This document shows positions 20,112 to 29,558 of a stretch of DNA of 64,000 bases, one piece after another; the stretch's first letter is position 1; each line of letters begins with the position of its first letter. Location: contig JBFWJS010000002.1 in NCBI GenBank assembly GCA_050253075.1, positions 416,001-480,000 on the forward strand, read 5' to 3'. The notes under the pieces were generated by a model. It worked only from the letters and a program-made list of their open reading frames with translations, had not been told where the DNA came from and ran no database searches. The position numbers were made by a program, and so were the translations under genes. The DNA is from Deferribacterales bacterium (GTDB taxonomy: Bacteria > Chrysiogenota > Deferribacteres > Deferribacterales > Geovibrionaceae).

Positions 20112-21830
20112 TTAGTTTTTCAGTTTGAAACGTGTAACCAGTTCCTCAAGCTCGGAGGCAAGATGGCTGAGCTGTTCCACAGCCTGCGCCGTCTCGTTTG
20201 AAGCGAGAGAGTTGTCCGCAGTTACCTGTGAGATGGTCTCTATGCTCTGAGCCATCATCTCTGTAGCCGTGGCCTGTTCTTCTGTCGCTCTGGCGATCAT
20301 GCCGACCTCGTTTGAAACGTTGTCCACATTCTGCTTGATGATGTCGAGAGCTTCTTTCGCCTCTTCTGCTTTTGCCTGTCCCTGCTCTACCTGCTGAACA
20401 CCCTCATGCATTCCCATAACGGCGCCGCCTGTATCAGCCTGAATGGCCTGTATCATCTCTGTGATCTCTTTCGTAGCGTTCACAGTTTTCTCAGCGAGCT
20501 TTCTAACCTCATCGGCAACAACGGCGAAACCGCGTCCGTGCTCACCCGCTCTGGCGGCCTCGATGGCAGCGTTAAGGGCGAGGAGGTTTGTCTGGTCGGC
20601 GATGTCGTCGATAACCTGTATGATCTGTCCGATCTGCTCGGATGATTCGCCGAGCTTACGCACGGTTACCGCAGATTCAGAGACAGTATCGGCTATCTTC
20701 TCCATCATGTTTCTTGTCTCTTCCACAAGGTGGTGTCCTCTGTCCACTGAGTCGCTCGCCTCTTCGGCACTGTTGGAAACGTTCGCCGCATTCTGTGCGA
20801 CCTCTACGACGGTAGAGTTAACTTCCTCAACAGCGGAAGCAGTGCTGGCAACCTGCTCTGATTGATCATGAGCACCTCTTGCTATCGTCTCTGCATTGCT
20901 CGAAAGCTCTGCAGATGTAGAAGCGAGTGATGCGATGGAGTCGACAACAACGCTCATTGCGTCGTTAACGTCGTTCACCATCTTATTCAGTGATCTGGCG
21001 AGGTCGCTCACCTCGTCGGCATTAGTAGCCTCCACCTGCACGCTGAAGTCACCGTTGGCAACTTTCTGCAGGGCAGCCCCCATAGCCGTAAGCCTTTTGA
21101 ATATCAGCTTTTTGTTTATCACCACCAACACCACAAGAATCATTATGGTGATAGGTATGAATATCATTGCCGATACAAAAAGGTTTTTATAAATAGCCGC
21201 ATAGATAGGTCCTGTCGGCAGGAATATCTCGAAAGCTCCGTGAAGCTCTCCCGCACGCCAGTTCTCCATCTTTACGCCGGTAGGGTCGAGTCCTTCATCG
21301 TTCCCCCACAGCTCTTTGGAGTTCGCAGGGTCACCGTGGCAGGTTTCGCACATTTCAGCAAGGCGCACAGATTTATAATATCTGAGCTGTTTACCTTTTT
21401 TGTCATGCAGTACATATTCGGGAGTGGTCTTCCCGCCTTTATCGAGCTTTTTAAGCTCTGCAAGTGCGACAAGGTCAACTTCGTCCGGTACGTTTTTCGG
21501 GTTACGCGGAGAGATCTTCGGCACTTTAAATTTAAGTCCGGCCTCTTCCGATTTCAGCTCCATAACTTTCATAGTGCCCACGATAGGCACGGTCAGCAGG
21601 AGCTTTCCCAGGTCGTCTTTAGTGTTTTCCACATCATAGATACCCTGCTCCATCGCTATTGCCATATACTCGCGTACGCCTTCAGCAGCCAAAACAAAAC
21701 TTCTGGCTCTGGCAATTTCTTCGTCTATGTAGTTAGTCTTCATCTGGAAGAAATTTACAGTAAAGAGTACACCCATACCAAACAACACAGTCACAGCCAC
21801 AAATAGCGTGATCTTGACATTAAGTTTCAT
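20112..21830 (-). CDS. Methyl-accepting chemotaxis protein with periplasmic c-type heme (DUF3365-like) sensor
   Basis: TM1, PRNPKN..CETCH..GELHGA sensor, TM2, [42 protein letters not shown]. Confidence 0.92.
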   Translation of the reverse strand: MKLNVKITLFVAVTVLFGMGVLFTVNFFQMKTNYIDEEIARARSFVLAAEGVREYMAIAMEQGIYDVENTKDDLGKLLLTVPIVGTMKVMELKSEEAGLKFKVPKISPRNPKNVPDEVDLVALAELKKLDKGGKTTPEYVLHDKKGKQLRYYKSVRLAEMCETCHGDPANSKELWGNDEGLDPTGVKMENWRAGELHGAFEIFLPTGPIYAAIYKNLFVSAMIFIPITIMILVVLVVINKKLIFKRLTAMGAALQKVANGDFSVQVEATNADEVSDLARSLNKMVNDVNDAMSVVVDSIASLASTSAELSSNAETIARGAHDQSEQVASTASAVEEVNSTVVEVAQNAANVSNSAEEASDSVDRGHHLVEETRNMMEKIADTVSESAVTVRKLGESSEQIGQIIQVIDDIADQTNLLALNAAIEAARAGEHGRGFAVVADEVRKLAEKTVNATKEITEMIQAIQADTGGAVMGMHEGVQQVEQGQAKAEEAKEALDIIKQNVDNVSNEVGMIARATEEQATATEMMAQSIETISQVTADNSLASNETAQAVEQLSHLASELEELVTRFKLKN

Positions 21831-21899
21831 CTCTTCTCCCTAATTTAAGCAAAACCTTAATAACACATACTATATAAAATCGTCAAAAGGGCAATATTA

Positions 21900-23459
21900 T
21901 TAAATTCCTTCTTCAGATTTCATTATATTTCGTGATTCTTTTCTCAGGACATATTTGTTCAGAGCATCGAGATATGCCTTTGCGCTGGCAACGACTATAT
22001 CCGTGTCTGAGCCTTTACCTCTGACGTCGTATCCGCATTCGTCAAATTCGGCAGCGAGGGTAACATCGCCCTGAGCATCTTTACCTGCTGTGAGAGCTTT
22101 GATGTTGTAGCTTTTCAGTCTGCCGCCTATGCCTGCTATACGCTCGATAGCTTTCATAACGGCATCGACAGGGCCGTCGCCTGTAGAAGCATCGACAGAC
22201 TCAACACCGTCCTTATCAGCCAGTTTTATAGTGGCTGTAGGGATGGCTGTGTCGCCGCTGAGTATATTCACTGTTTTCAGAGTATATGCTGCCTCTGTGT
22301 CTTTCGACTGGTTCAGAATGATGGCTTCGATATCTTCGTCAAATACCTCTTTCTTCTTATCAGCGAGCACTTTAAACTCTTCGAATGCAGCCTGCATAGC
22401 ATCATTGTCGATCTCGAATCCGAGGTCTTTTATACGCTGTACGAAAGCATGACGGCCGGAGTGTTTTCCCAGCACAAGGCTTGTGGAAGGATAACCAACG
22501 CTTTCAGGTGTCATGATCTCGTAGGTTGTTCTGTTTTTCAGCATACCGTCCTGATGGATGCCCGCCTCGTGAGCGAATGCATTCTTTCCGACGATAGCTT
22601 TGTTAGGCTGTACGCCCACGCCTGTTATGCTTGTGAGCATCTTGCTTGCTCTGTATATTTCATTTGTTTTAACGCCTATCTCTACGTCGTTGAAAAGGTC
22701 TTTACGGACATTCAGCCCCATCACTACCTCTTCGAGTGAACAGTTACCCGCACGCTCGCCGATACCGTTGATTGTACACTCGACCTGTCCCGCACCGGCA
22801 TTAACAGCCATCAGCGAGTTCGCAACAGCCAGACCGAGGTCGTTGTGGCAGTGTACGCTTATGCGTGCTTTGTCCACGTTCGGAACTCTGTTCAGGATGG
22901 CAGAGATGACCTTATCAATCTCGAAAGGCATAGTGTAGCCCACTGTGTCGGGCAGGTTAACGGTGCTTGCGCCCGCTGCGATAACAGCCTCGACAACCTG
23001 ACACAGGTAGTCCACGTCGCTTCTCAGTGCGTCTTCTGCGCTGAATTCAACATCCTCGCAAAGGTTACGTGCAAATTTAACAGCGCTCACTGCTATTTCC
23101 AGAGCTTCTTCTCTGGATTTTTTCAGTTTGTGCTGCAGGTGGATGTCGCTTGTAGCGATAAATGTGTGGATTCTGGGGCGAACTGCATGTTTCAGGGCAT
23201 CCCAGCCCACTGATATATCTTTTTCATTAGCACGGCAGAGTCCCGCCACGCCTGCATTCTTTATAGTTTTGGCAACTTTTGTAACAGCATCGAAGTCCCC
23301 CGGTGAAGAGATAGGGAAGCCAGCCTCCATAACATCTACACCAAGTCTCTCAAGCTGCAGAGCCAATTGGATTTTTTCATCTGTGTTCATTGAAAAGCCG
23401 GGAGCCTGCTCACCGTCTCTTAAGGTTGTGTCGAAAATGATTACTTTTCTCTTGGACAT
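21900..23459 (-). CDS. leuA: 2-isopropylmalate synthase
   Basis: FDTTLRDGEQAPG, HCHNDLGLAVANS, GIGERAGN, LGKHSGRH, C-terminal regulatory domain (GDGPVDA). Confidence 0.96.
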   Translation of the reverse strand: MSKRKVIIFDTTLRDGEQAPGFSMNTDEKIQLALQLERLGVDVMEAGFPISSPGDFDAVTKVAKTIKNAGVAGLCRANEKDISVGWDALKHAVRPRIHTFIATSDIHLQHKLKKSREEALEIAVSAVKFARNLCEDVEFSAEDALRSDVDYLCQVVEAVIAAGASTVNLPDTVGYTMPFEIDKVISAILNRVPNVDKARISVHCHNDLGLAVANSLMAVNAGAGQVECTINGIGERAGNCSLEEVVMGLNVRKDLFNDVEIGVKTNEIYRASKMLTSITGVGVQPNKAIVGKNAFAHEAGIHQDGMLKNRTTYEIMTPESVGYPSTSLVLGKHSGRHAFVQRIKDLGFEIDNDAMQAAFEEFKVLADKKKEVFDEDIEAIILNQSKDTEAAYTLKTVNILSGDTAIPTATIKLADKDGVESVDASTGDGPVDAVMKAIERIAGIGGRLKSYNIKALTAGKDAQGDVTLAAEFDECGYDVRGKGSDTDIVVASAKAYLDALNKYVLRKESRNIMKSEEGI

Positions 23460-23526
23460 TTGATTCCTCCGTCAATTTGCATTTTAGCAATTCTTTTAAT
23501 TTTTTTCCTTAACTTTTTTAGCCTTT

Positions 23527-23556
23527 CTATAACTTTTTTAGCTCACCTAGCATCAT
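23527..23556 (-). other. Putative Leu-rich upstream ORF (MMLGELKKL) before leuA
   Basis: GGAGG 5 nt before ATG; three Leu codons CTA, CTA, TTA; TAG stop. Confidence 0.35.
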
Positions 23557-23668
23557 CGTAACCTCCTGTGTATCTTTATGTTTTTATTCTGCACCTATGT
23601 AAAGATTGTAAAGACGAGTGTACAACTGCTTAAATTCAGTTTTCTTAATCTTTACGCCTTTTACCCAC

Positions 23669-23706
23669 AAAAAAAGGCCCCAACCCTAATAAAGGGCTGA
23701 GGCCTT
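23669..23706 (-). terminator. Intrinsic terminator between pssA and leuA
   Basis: AAGGCCTCAGCCCT-TTATT-AGGGTTGGGGCCTT followed by T run. Confidence 0.8.
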
Positions 23707-23746
23707 GCTGTGCTTAATTATAGCTGTTTCTGCAACAGTTTATAAC

Positions 23747-24496
23747 TTATTCACCTGTATCGGCAACCTCAACATCCCTCTTAGGGTGCTTTAAACGGAC
23801 GTAAGCTAGGTATAGCAGACCGCTTAGCGCATAACCTGTGGATAGGAGAAATAGGAATAGTTCCGGGTACAGACCGAGTACAAATATAACAAGTACGAAA
23901 ATTACAAGTACATTGTAAGACTTTTGCTGAATACATGTCTTACAGCTGTAATATCTTATATTGCTCACCATCAAGAAGGCGAGAATGTAGATTGTAAAAG
24001 TAAACCAGATAGGTACTGTCATGTCGTTGGGGTCGCCTATGAACTCCTTAGCAAAGAGCACACTTGTAGCGACAACACCGGCAGCAGCAGGTATAGGCAG
24101 ACCGACGAAGAATCTTGGGTCGATCTTCTTGGTCTGTACATTAAAACGGGCAAGCCTCAGTGCACCGCAAGCCACAAACAGGAAAGCAGCCATCCAGCCT
24201 AAACGGCCGTAAGGAGCAAGAGCCCATTTGTAAACAAGCACCGCAGGGGCGACTCCGAAAGAAACCAAGTCGGACAGCGAGTCCAGCTGTATACCAAAAT
24301 CACTGGTAGCATTTAACATTCTGGCGAGTTTACCGTCCAGACCGTCAAAAACGAAGGCAACAAGAGTAGCACTGGCAGCCATAACGTAATTACCGTTTAT
24401 GGTGGCAATGATAGAGTAGAACCCGCAGAACAATCCTAAGATCGTTACAAGGTTCGGCACAACGTAATTTTTGTTGTTAGATACTTCCGTTTTCAA
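23747..24496 (-). CDS. pssA: CDP-diacylglycerol--serine O-phosphatidyltransferase
   Basis: DGLDGKLAR...FGIQLDSLSDLVSFGVAPA, LRLARFN, GLPIP. Confidence 0.95.
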   Translation of the reverse strand: MKTEVSNNKNYVVPNLVTILGLFCGFYSIIATINGNYVMAASATLVAFVFDGLDGKLARMLNATSDFGIQLDSLSDLVSFGVAPAVLVYKWALAPYGRLGWMAAFLFVACGALRLARFNVQTKKIDPRFFVGLPIPAAAGVVATSVLFAKEFIGDPNDMTVPIWFTFTIYILAFLMVSNIRYYSCKTCIQQKSYNVLVIFVLVIFVLGLYPELFLFLLSTGYALSGLLYLAYVRLKHPKRDVEVADTGE

Positions 24497-25118
24497 TCTT
24501 TTCGCCTACGTATTTTCCTAATACTGTTTCACCAGCTTTGACAATATCCCCATTTTTAACAGATATGTCAAATCCTTTCGGCACGAATACCTCAAGTCTT
24601 GAGGAGAATTTTATCATGCCGAAACGCTCGCCTATGGGCAGTTCGTCTCCGACCTCGGCGTTACACACAGTACGTCTGGCTATTAGCCCTGCGACCTGCT
24701 TAACCGTAACTTCGCCGTATGAAGACTCTATATCAATGATATTCTGTTCATTTTCATATGATGCTTCCGGTTTATCCGCAGCGAGGAACTTTCCCGCTTT
24801 ATGGGTGACAGATTTTATCTTTCCCGCTATCGGCATCCTGTTCACATGCACGTTAAAGACATTCATGAAGATGCTAATCTTTGTAACGGTGCGGCCTTCG
24901 TGCTCAGTTTCAAAAACCTCGACAACCCTGCCGTCGGCAGGTGAAACCATTATGTCGCTGAATGGAGGGATGCTCCTTTCAGGGTCTCTGAAAAACCACA
25001 GACAGAAGACTCCGAAAACGAGAGAAAGAAATATGAGAAACTTAACAGGGAATATTATCAGTATGACAAATACCGCTAACGCCCCGAAGACAAAGGGAAA
25101 ACCTTCTTTTGCTATCAA
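24477..25118 (-). CDS. psd: Phosphatidylserine decarboxylase proenzyme
   Basis: FFRDPER, SPADG, FNVHVNRMP, GLIARR, KFSSR; TTG start after GAGGTG; adjacent to pssA. Confidence 0.92.
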   Translation of the reverse strand: MIAKEGFPFVFGALAVFVILIIFPVKFLIFLSLVFGVFCLWFFRDPERSIPPFSDIMVSPADGRVVEVFETEHEGRTVTKISIFMNVFNVHVNRMPIAGKIKSVTHKAGKFLAADKPEASYENEQNIIDIESSYGEVTVKQVAGLIARRTVCNAEVGDELPIGERFGMIKFSSRLEVFVPKGFDISVKNGDIVKAGETVLGKYVGEKIENGSI

Positions 25119-25259
25119 ATCAGTCACCTCTGGATATATTCTTCGTACAATACATGTAATAGTTAACCTTTTCAAGAGATATTACACTTTGAACAATTGC
25201 TATTTAAGATAAAAAATGTTATGATAGCAGTTCATCATCAAATTATTAAGGAGTAACCC

Positions 25260-25883
25260 ATGATAGAGACGATAAAATGGGAAGGGACCAAAAGAAAACC
25301 CATGACACAAGGCGAAATGAAAGCTATGCGTAAAAGCGGGCTCGTACCTGCTATCATCAGCCGCAGAGGCGAAGAAAGCGTAGAAGTTTTTCTTAATGCC
25401 ATGGATATAGAGAAGAGACCTTTCGGTAACTTCAGAATAGAGCTCAAAGTTAAAGGTATCGGCGAGCCATTCGACTGTTTCCTTAAAACACTCCAGTACA
25501 GCTATAATAGAACAAGCGTTGTACACGCTGATCTTCAGGGTCTCGTTGTCGGTCAGGAACTCGACATCGACATCGCTATCGAGCTCATCGGCGATGCACC
25601 AGGCGTTAAAGAAGGCGGTATCCTTAACACAGGCGTAACAAGCCTTAAGATCCGTACTCTTCCTAAAAACATGCCAAGCAGCATTCAGGTAGATATATCT
25701 AAGCTCAAAATAGGCGAGTCCATCAACGTTACAGACATCAAACTTGCTGATGTACACACACTGATTGACCCTACTGAGGGCAACATTGTAAGCATTGCAG
25801 AGCCTAGAGGCACTTCTGATGATGCTGATACAGACACAGAGATGACAGAACCGGAGATCATCTCTGAAAAATCTGACGATTAA
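25260..25883 (+). CDS. rplY: 50S ribosomal protein L25 (Ctc-type, long form)
   Basis: RKSGLVPAII, HADL, GVKEGGIL, PSSIQVDISKLKIGESI, acidic tail. Confidence 0.88.
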   Translation: MIETIKWEGTKRKPMTQGEMKAMRKSGLVPAIISRRGEESVEVFLNAMDIEKRPFGNFRIELKVKGIGEPFDCFLKTLQYSYNRTSVVHADLQGLVVGQELDIDIAIELIGDAPGVKEGGILNTGVTSLKIRTLPKNMPSSIQVDISKLKIGESINVTDIKLADVHTLIDPTEGNIVSIAEPRGTSDDADTDTEMTEPEIISEKSDD

Positions 25884-25974
25884 CAGGCTGGCAGCCTGAG
25901 GCGAAACACTAAGCTGTGAACGCATAACACGTTCCACTTTTATGCGCCTCATTACATTAGGCTAATATAACTAC

Positions 25975-26006
25975 AAAGCGGAAGCAGAGATGTTTCCGCT
26001 TTTTTT
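25975..26006 (+). terminator. Intrinsic terminator after rplY
   Basis: AAAGCGGAAGCA-GAGA-TGTTTCCGCTTT followed by T run. Confidence 0.8.
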
Positions 26007-26196
26007 ATGCGAATTCAGCTGGCTTGTGGGCAAAATACAAAACGATATAATTTGAGAATGAGTCATAAAAGTGCATATGTGGTATTTAGAAACAAGTGAT
26101 ATGAGGCGGCTTTTGATAAAATTTACTGAGCACATATAGAGTATTTGATGCAAATCTTATTAAAAATAACGAAGTAGCGCGAAGTTTATAAATGGC

Positions 26197-26228
26197 AAAA
26201 AAAAGGGGGAGCAAATGCTCCCCTTTTT
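26197..26228 (-). terminator. Intrinsic terminator after multiheme cytochrome gene
   Basis: AAAAGGGGAGC-ATTT-GCTCCCCCTTTTTTTT on minus strand. Confidence 0.8.
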
Positions 26229-26251
26229 ATATTACTAAAGCTAAACTAAGC

Positions 26252-27763
26252 TTACTTGTGACAAGTGTTACAAGATGTCTTAGCTTTTTGCTCTTTATGA
26301 CATTTGATGCAGAATTCCTTGTGGAAGACGTTGTTTGTACCGCTTACTTCCGCAGGAACTTCGATCTTAAGTGTGCTGTCGCCTGCTTCTGTGTGGCAGC
26401 TAACGCACTCAAGTCTTTCTGCGTGAACTTTGTGCTCGAAATGAACAGCTGATTTTTTACCGTTAGGAGCGTAACGCTCACCAAGGTTGATAACTTCAGC
26501 GCCTTCAAGCATAGACATAAGCTCTTCAGAGTTTACAGGACCTGCAGGCTCTGCAGCAGCTTCTTCGTGTGAAGCTTCTTCAGCGTGAGCAGCAGGAGCA
26601 GCGTGGTGCTCTTCCTCAACTTCAACAGGCTCTATGTAGTTGTCGAAAGCATCTTTAAGCTCTGCAATCTTCTCAAACATAGCGTCGAAGTATTCAGGGT
26701 TGTGGATTCCTGCGGAACCGTCTTTCTCAATAACTCTTACTATGTAGATGATCTGATTAGCTATCTCGAGCTTGCCGTGGGAAGCGCCGTGACGTGCCTC
26801 CATCATAGCATCGCGAAGTTCCTGAGCTGCAGGAAGCTTCTCGTTGAATGCTTTCTGTGTGTCAGCCATGATATCTGCGTATGACGCATCGTGGCATGTA
26901 GCACATTTATCTGAATTAGGTCTTATAAAAGCAGACTCGTGACAGTCGGAACAGCTGAGATCAGCCATATACCAAGCATCGCCTTCTACGCCTTTAACAT
27001 AAGTACCTTGCTGGATTCCTTTTTGACTAACGTGGCATGCTGCACAGTCGTCGTTCGCAGGAACTGCAACTGTCTCACGAACTTCATCGTGGCATGCAAA
27101 GCATGTTTCCATTTCAGGCTGATGGAATCTCTCGCCGCCGTGGCCAATGCCAAGGTGACAGTTCATGCAGGAAAGACCTGCATCAATGTGTGCCTGGTGG
27201 TTAGGTTCAACACCTGCACTGACGCCTTCTGTGAAAACATCGTTACGGCCGAACTCTTTTCTATAGGCAGGCATTACAACCTCGTCCATATGTCTGAATT
27301 CGCCGGCAACTTTGATTATTCTGTTTCTGCGCATCTCTGCGTTTGCTGCATCAGAGTGGCAGAATGCGCAGGCTTCCATAGATGAAGCGTGCTCTGCACC
27401 CTCTACCGTAGTAGCAAAGTGTGTAAGATGCTCTATAACTTCGTCTTCCGGAGTGAGGATCTCATGATACATGCTTCTCATACCGGCCACAACGTGAGCA
27501 TTAAGGTAACCTTTTATACCAGGTGCGCCGTGACAATCAAGACAGCTTACACCAGCTTCGCTGTGTACTCCAATTCTGTAAGTGTAGTATTCGCCTCTGA
27601 CGGCAACTTCTTCTTTTGGGTGACATGTTTTACAGAACTTTGCAGTAGATGTCATGTGCATAGACTGAACTGCTGTAAAACCGCCGCCGACTATTATTAT
27701 AGCGATGATGATAGTAAAGATGAGTGGGTCTTTAGCGCTGAATTCTTTAATTTTTTGCCACAT
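26252..27763 (-). CDS. Membrane-anchored multiheme cytochrome c (11 CxxCH; NapC/NirT-like N-terminus, c3/c7-like C-terminus)
   Basis: N-terminal TM, TSTAKFCKTCH; CKTCH, CLDCH, CAFCH, CMNCH, CFACH, CAACH, CSDCH, CATCH, CVSCH, CIKCH, CNTCH. Confidence 0.9.
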   Translation of the reverse strand: MWQKIKEFSAKDPLIFTIIIAIIIVGGGFTAVQSMHMTSTAKFCKTCHPKEEVAVRGEYYTYRIGVHSEAGVSCLDCHGAPGIKGYLNAHVVAGMRSMYHEILTPEDEVIEHLTHFATTVEGAEHASSMEACAFCHSDAANAEMRRNRIIKVAGEFRHMDEVVMPAYRKEFGRNDVFTEGVSAGVEPNHQAHIDAGLSCMNCHLGIGHGGERFHQPEMETCFACHDEVRETVAVPANDDCAACHVSQKGIQQGTYVKGVEGDAWYMADLSCSDCHESAFIRPNSDKCATCHDASYADIMADTQKAFNEKLPAAQELRDAMMEARHGASHGKLEIANQIIYIVRVIEKDGSAGIHNPEYFDAMFEKIAELKDAFDNYIEPVEVEEEHHAAPAAHAEEASHEEAAAEPAGPVNSEELMSMLEGAEVINLGERYAPNGKKSAVHFEHKVHAERLECVSCHTEAGDSTLKIEVPAEVSGTNNVFHKEFCIKCHKEQKAKTSCNTCHK

Positions 27764-27789
27764 ACCAGCCCCCTAAGTAACTTGGATGG

Positions 27790-27819
27790 AAAAAAGGCGG
27801 ATTTTGCAACCCGCCTTTG
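27790..27819 (-). terminator. Intrinsic terminator after atpE
   Basis: AAAGGCGGG-TTGCAAAA-TCCGCCTTTTTT on minus strand. Confidence 0.75.
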
Positions 27820-27840
27820 TTTGTTTTTTTGTCGTTATAA

Positions 27841-28158
27841 TTAAACAACGAAAAGAAGGATAAGAGCTACAACAAGTGCGTAAATAGCAAGTGACTCGAT
27901 CAGAGCAAGACCGATGATCATTGTTGTAGAGATTTTACCGGAAGCGGAAGGGTTTCTAGAGATACCTTCAACAGCACCTTTAATAGCAGAACCCTGACCG
28001 ATACCTGTACCGAGAGCAGCAACTCCCATAGCAAGACCAGCACCGATGTACTTAGCCCATACGCCAGCATCAGCTGCGCCTTCAGAAGCGAAAGCAGAGC
28101 TTGTCACAACAGCCATAACAGCTGCAACAGAAAGAAGAATTTTTACAACTTTAGACAT
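27841..28158 (-). CDS. atpE: ATP synthase Fo subunit c with N-terminal extension
   Basis: [22 protein letters not shown] loop, [10 protein letters not shown]. Confidence 0.96.
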   Translation of the reverse strand: MSKVVKILLSVAAVMAVVTSSAFASEGAADAGVWAKYIGAGLAMGVAALGTGIGQGSAIKGAVEGISRNPSASGKISTTMIIGLALIESLAIYALVVALILLFVV

Positions 28159-28188
28159 TTTAATGTCCTCCTTTAATATATGAAACTT

Positions 28189-28860
28189 TTAGTGTGCTTC
28201 TTCAAGTGCACCACTTATATAAATCATGGACAGCATCATAAACACATACGCCTGAAGAGCGCCTGTGAAAAGACCGAGGAAAAACATCGGCAGCGGTACA
28301 AGGAATGGTACCAGCATGAAAAGGATGATGATAACAAGATCCTCTCCGAAGATGTTTCCGAAAAGTCGCATAGACAGTGAAAGCGGTCTAGCGAAGTGAC
28401 CGATGAGCTCGATGATGAGCATCAGCGGAGCGAGCCAGCTAACAGGCCCGAGGAAATGTTTGATGTAGTGTGCACCGTGCTTTTTAAAGCCGATGTACTG
28501 ATAAACAAAGAAAACAACCAGAGCGGGAGCCGCTGTGGAGTTCAGGTTTGATGTAGGTGCGAGAAATCCCGGGATAAGTCCTAAGAAGTTTGAAAAAGCT
28601 ACATAAAGACCGATACCGAAGATAAGCGGGATGTAAGGTCTCCCTTCAACGCCCATTACATCGTCACACATGTTATAGATACCTTTAACGAAAAGCTCTA
28701 AAGTATTCTGTGTGCGACCGGGAACCTCAGCATTGCCTTTGCCGGCAAGTACGCCAAGGAAAATCACGATTAAGACCACGAGAAATGTCATGGTTACGTG
28801 CCAGTAAGTGTGAGAAAAAGCCATACCGAACAGCATGGACACATTAAGTGGGTGTTCCAT
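28189..28860 (-). CDS. atpB: ATP synthase Fo subunit a
   Basis: NFLGLIPG, PTSNLN, RPLSLSMRLFGNIFGED, LQAYVFMMLS. Confidence 0.97.
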   Translation of the reverse strand: MEHPLNVSMLFGMAFSHTYWHVTMTFLVVLIVIFLGVLAGKGNAEVPGRTQNTLELFVKGIYNMCDDVMGVEGRPYIPLIFGIGLYVAFSNFLGLIPGFLAPTSNLNSTAAPALVVFFVYQYIGFKKHGAHYIKHFLGPVSWLAPLMLIIELIGHFARPLSLSMRLFGNIFGEDLVIIILFMLVPFLVPLPMFFLGLFTGALQAYVFMMLSMIYISGALEEAH

Positions 28861-28975
28861 CGTCCTTCCTCTTAAAGTTATTTAAAAATATTCAAAGAAA
28901 TGCCATCCTGACATTTCTTTGCCGAAGCTCACAAAGGCAAAGCCTTCGCGGGGCACATCAAGTGCCCTTGAAAGT

Positions 28976-29338
28976 CTAATCAGGTTCCTTTCTTAGACTT
29001 TCGTATATAACAAAAAACGGTATACACACGGGTATAATTGAGAGCCCCACCAGCATACCTATTATGTTCAATTGTAATTTCGTCATGCTGAGCCAGATGA
29101 CAAAGCCAGTGCCGAGCAGACGAATCTGTCCGTTGAAGATAAGCGCCATCGACGCCCTGCCTTCAACAAGTCCCAAAACCTTTCGTGCTAAAGAGTAAAA
29201 ATTCACAACACCTAAAAGGTAACCAACGAACGCACCATTAGCAAACGCAGGTTCAAATCGGAACCTGCATACTGTATACAATAAAGCGAAAAAAATCAAT
29301 GAGAGAATTAAAATTTTATTTGGTATCTTCATCGTCAT
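28976..29338 (-). CDS. atpI: ATP synthase protein I
   Basis: Four hydrophobic helices, GYLLGVVNF; position upstream of atpB. Confidence 0.75.
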   Translation of the reverse strand: MTMKIPNKILILSLIFFALLYTVCRFRFEPAFANGAFVGYLLGVVNFYSLARKVLGLVEGRASMALIFNGQIRLLGTGFVIWLSMTKLQLNIIGMLVGLSIIPVCIPFFVIYESLRKEPD

Positions 29339-29558
29339 ACAGGTTGGTTTTTTTGACAAAATATATCATGTTTTTGAATCCTGCGATTATCCCGCAGACC
29401 ATAAAAAGGAGGAAAAGCCACGGCTTTGTTCCGAAGGTTTTATCCAGCCACCAGCCCATCCCTGCGCCTATCAGAACGCTGAAAGCGAGCGATGTGCCAA
29501 CAGAGCTGGCATTGGCCATCTTTTTTACGAATTTATCTGCATCGGATTTCTTACTCAT
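29316..29558 (-). CDS. atpZ: AtpZ/ATPase gene 1 family protein
   Basis: GMGWWLDKTFGTKPW...GIIAGFKN signature. Confidence 0.85.
   Translation of the reverse strand: MSKKSDADKFVKKMANASSVGTSLAFSVLIGAGMGWWLDKTFGTKPWLFLLFMVCGIIAGFKNMIYFVKKTNLYDDEDTK

Noticed and set aside
24590..24620. psd cleavage motif FSSR instead of FGSR as a sign of pseudogenisation
   Set aside because: Pyruvoyl-forming Ser and the other motifs are intact and the ORF is uninterrupted; likely a tolerated variant.
25200..25952. 250-aa minus-strand ORF
   Set aside because: Antisense shadow of rplY.
28880..28970. c-di-GMP riboswitch-like GGCAAA hairpins between atpI and atpB
   Set aside because: Lacks the GAAA tetraloop/receptor and GCAAAG consensus arrangement and is on the wrong strand; probably intercistronic stability hairpins.
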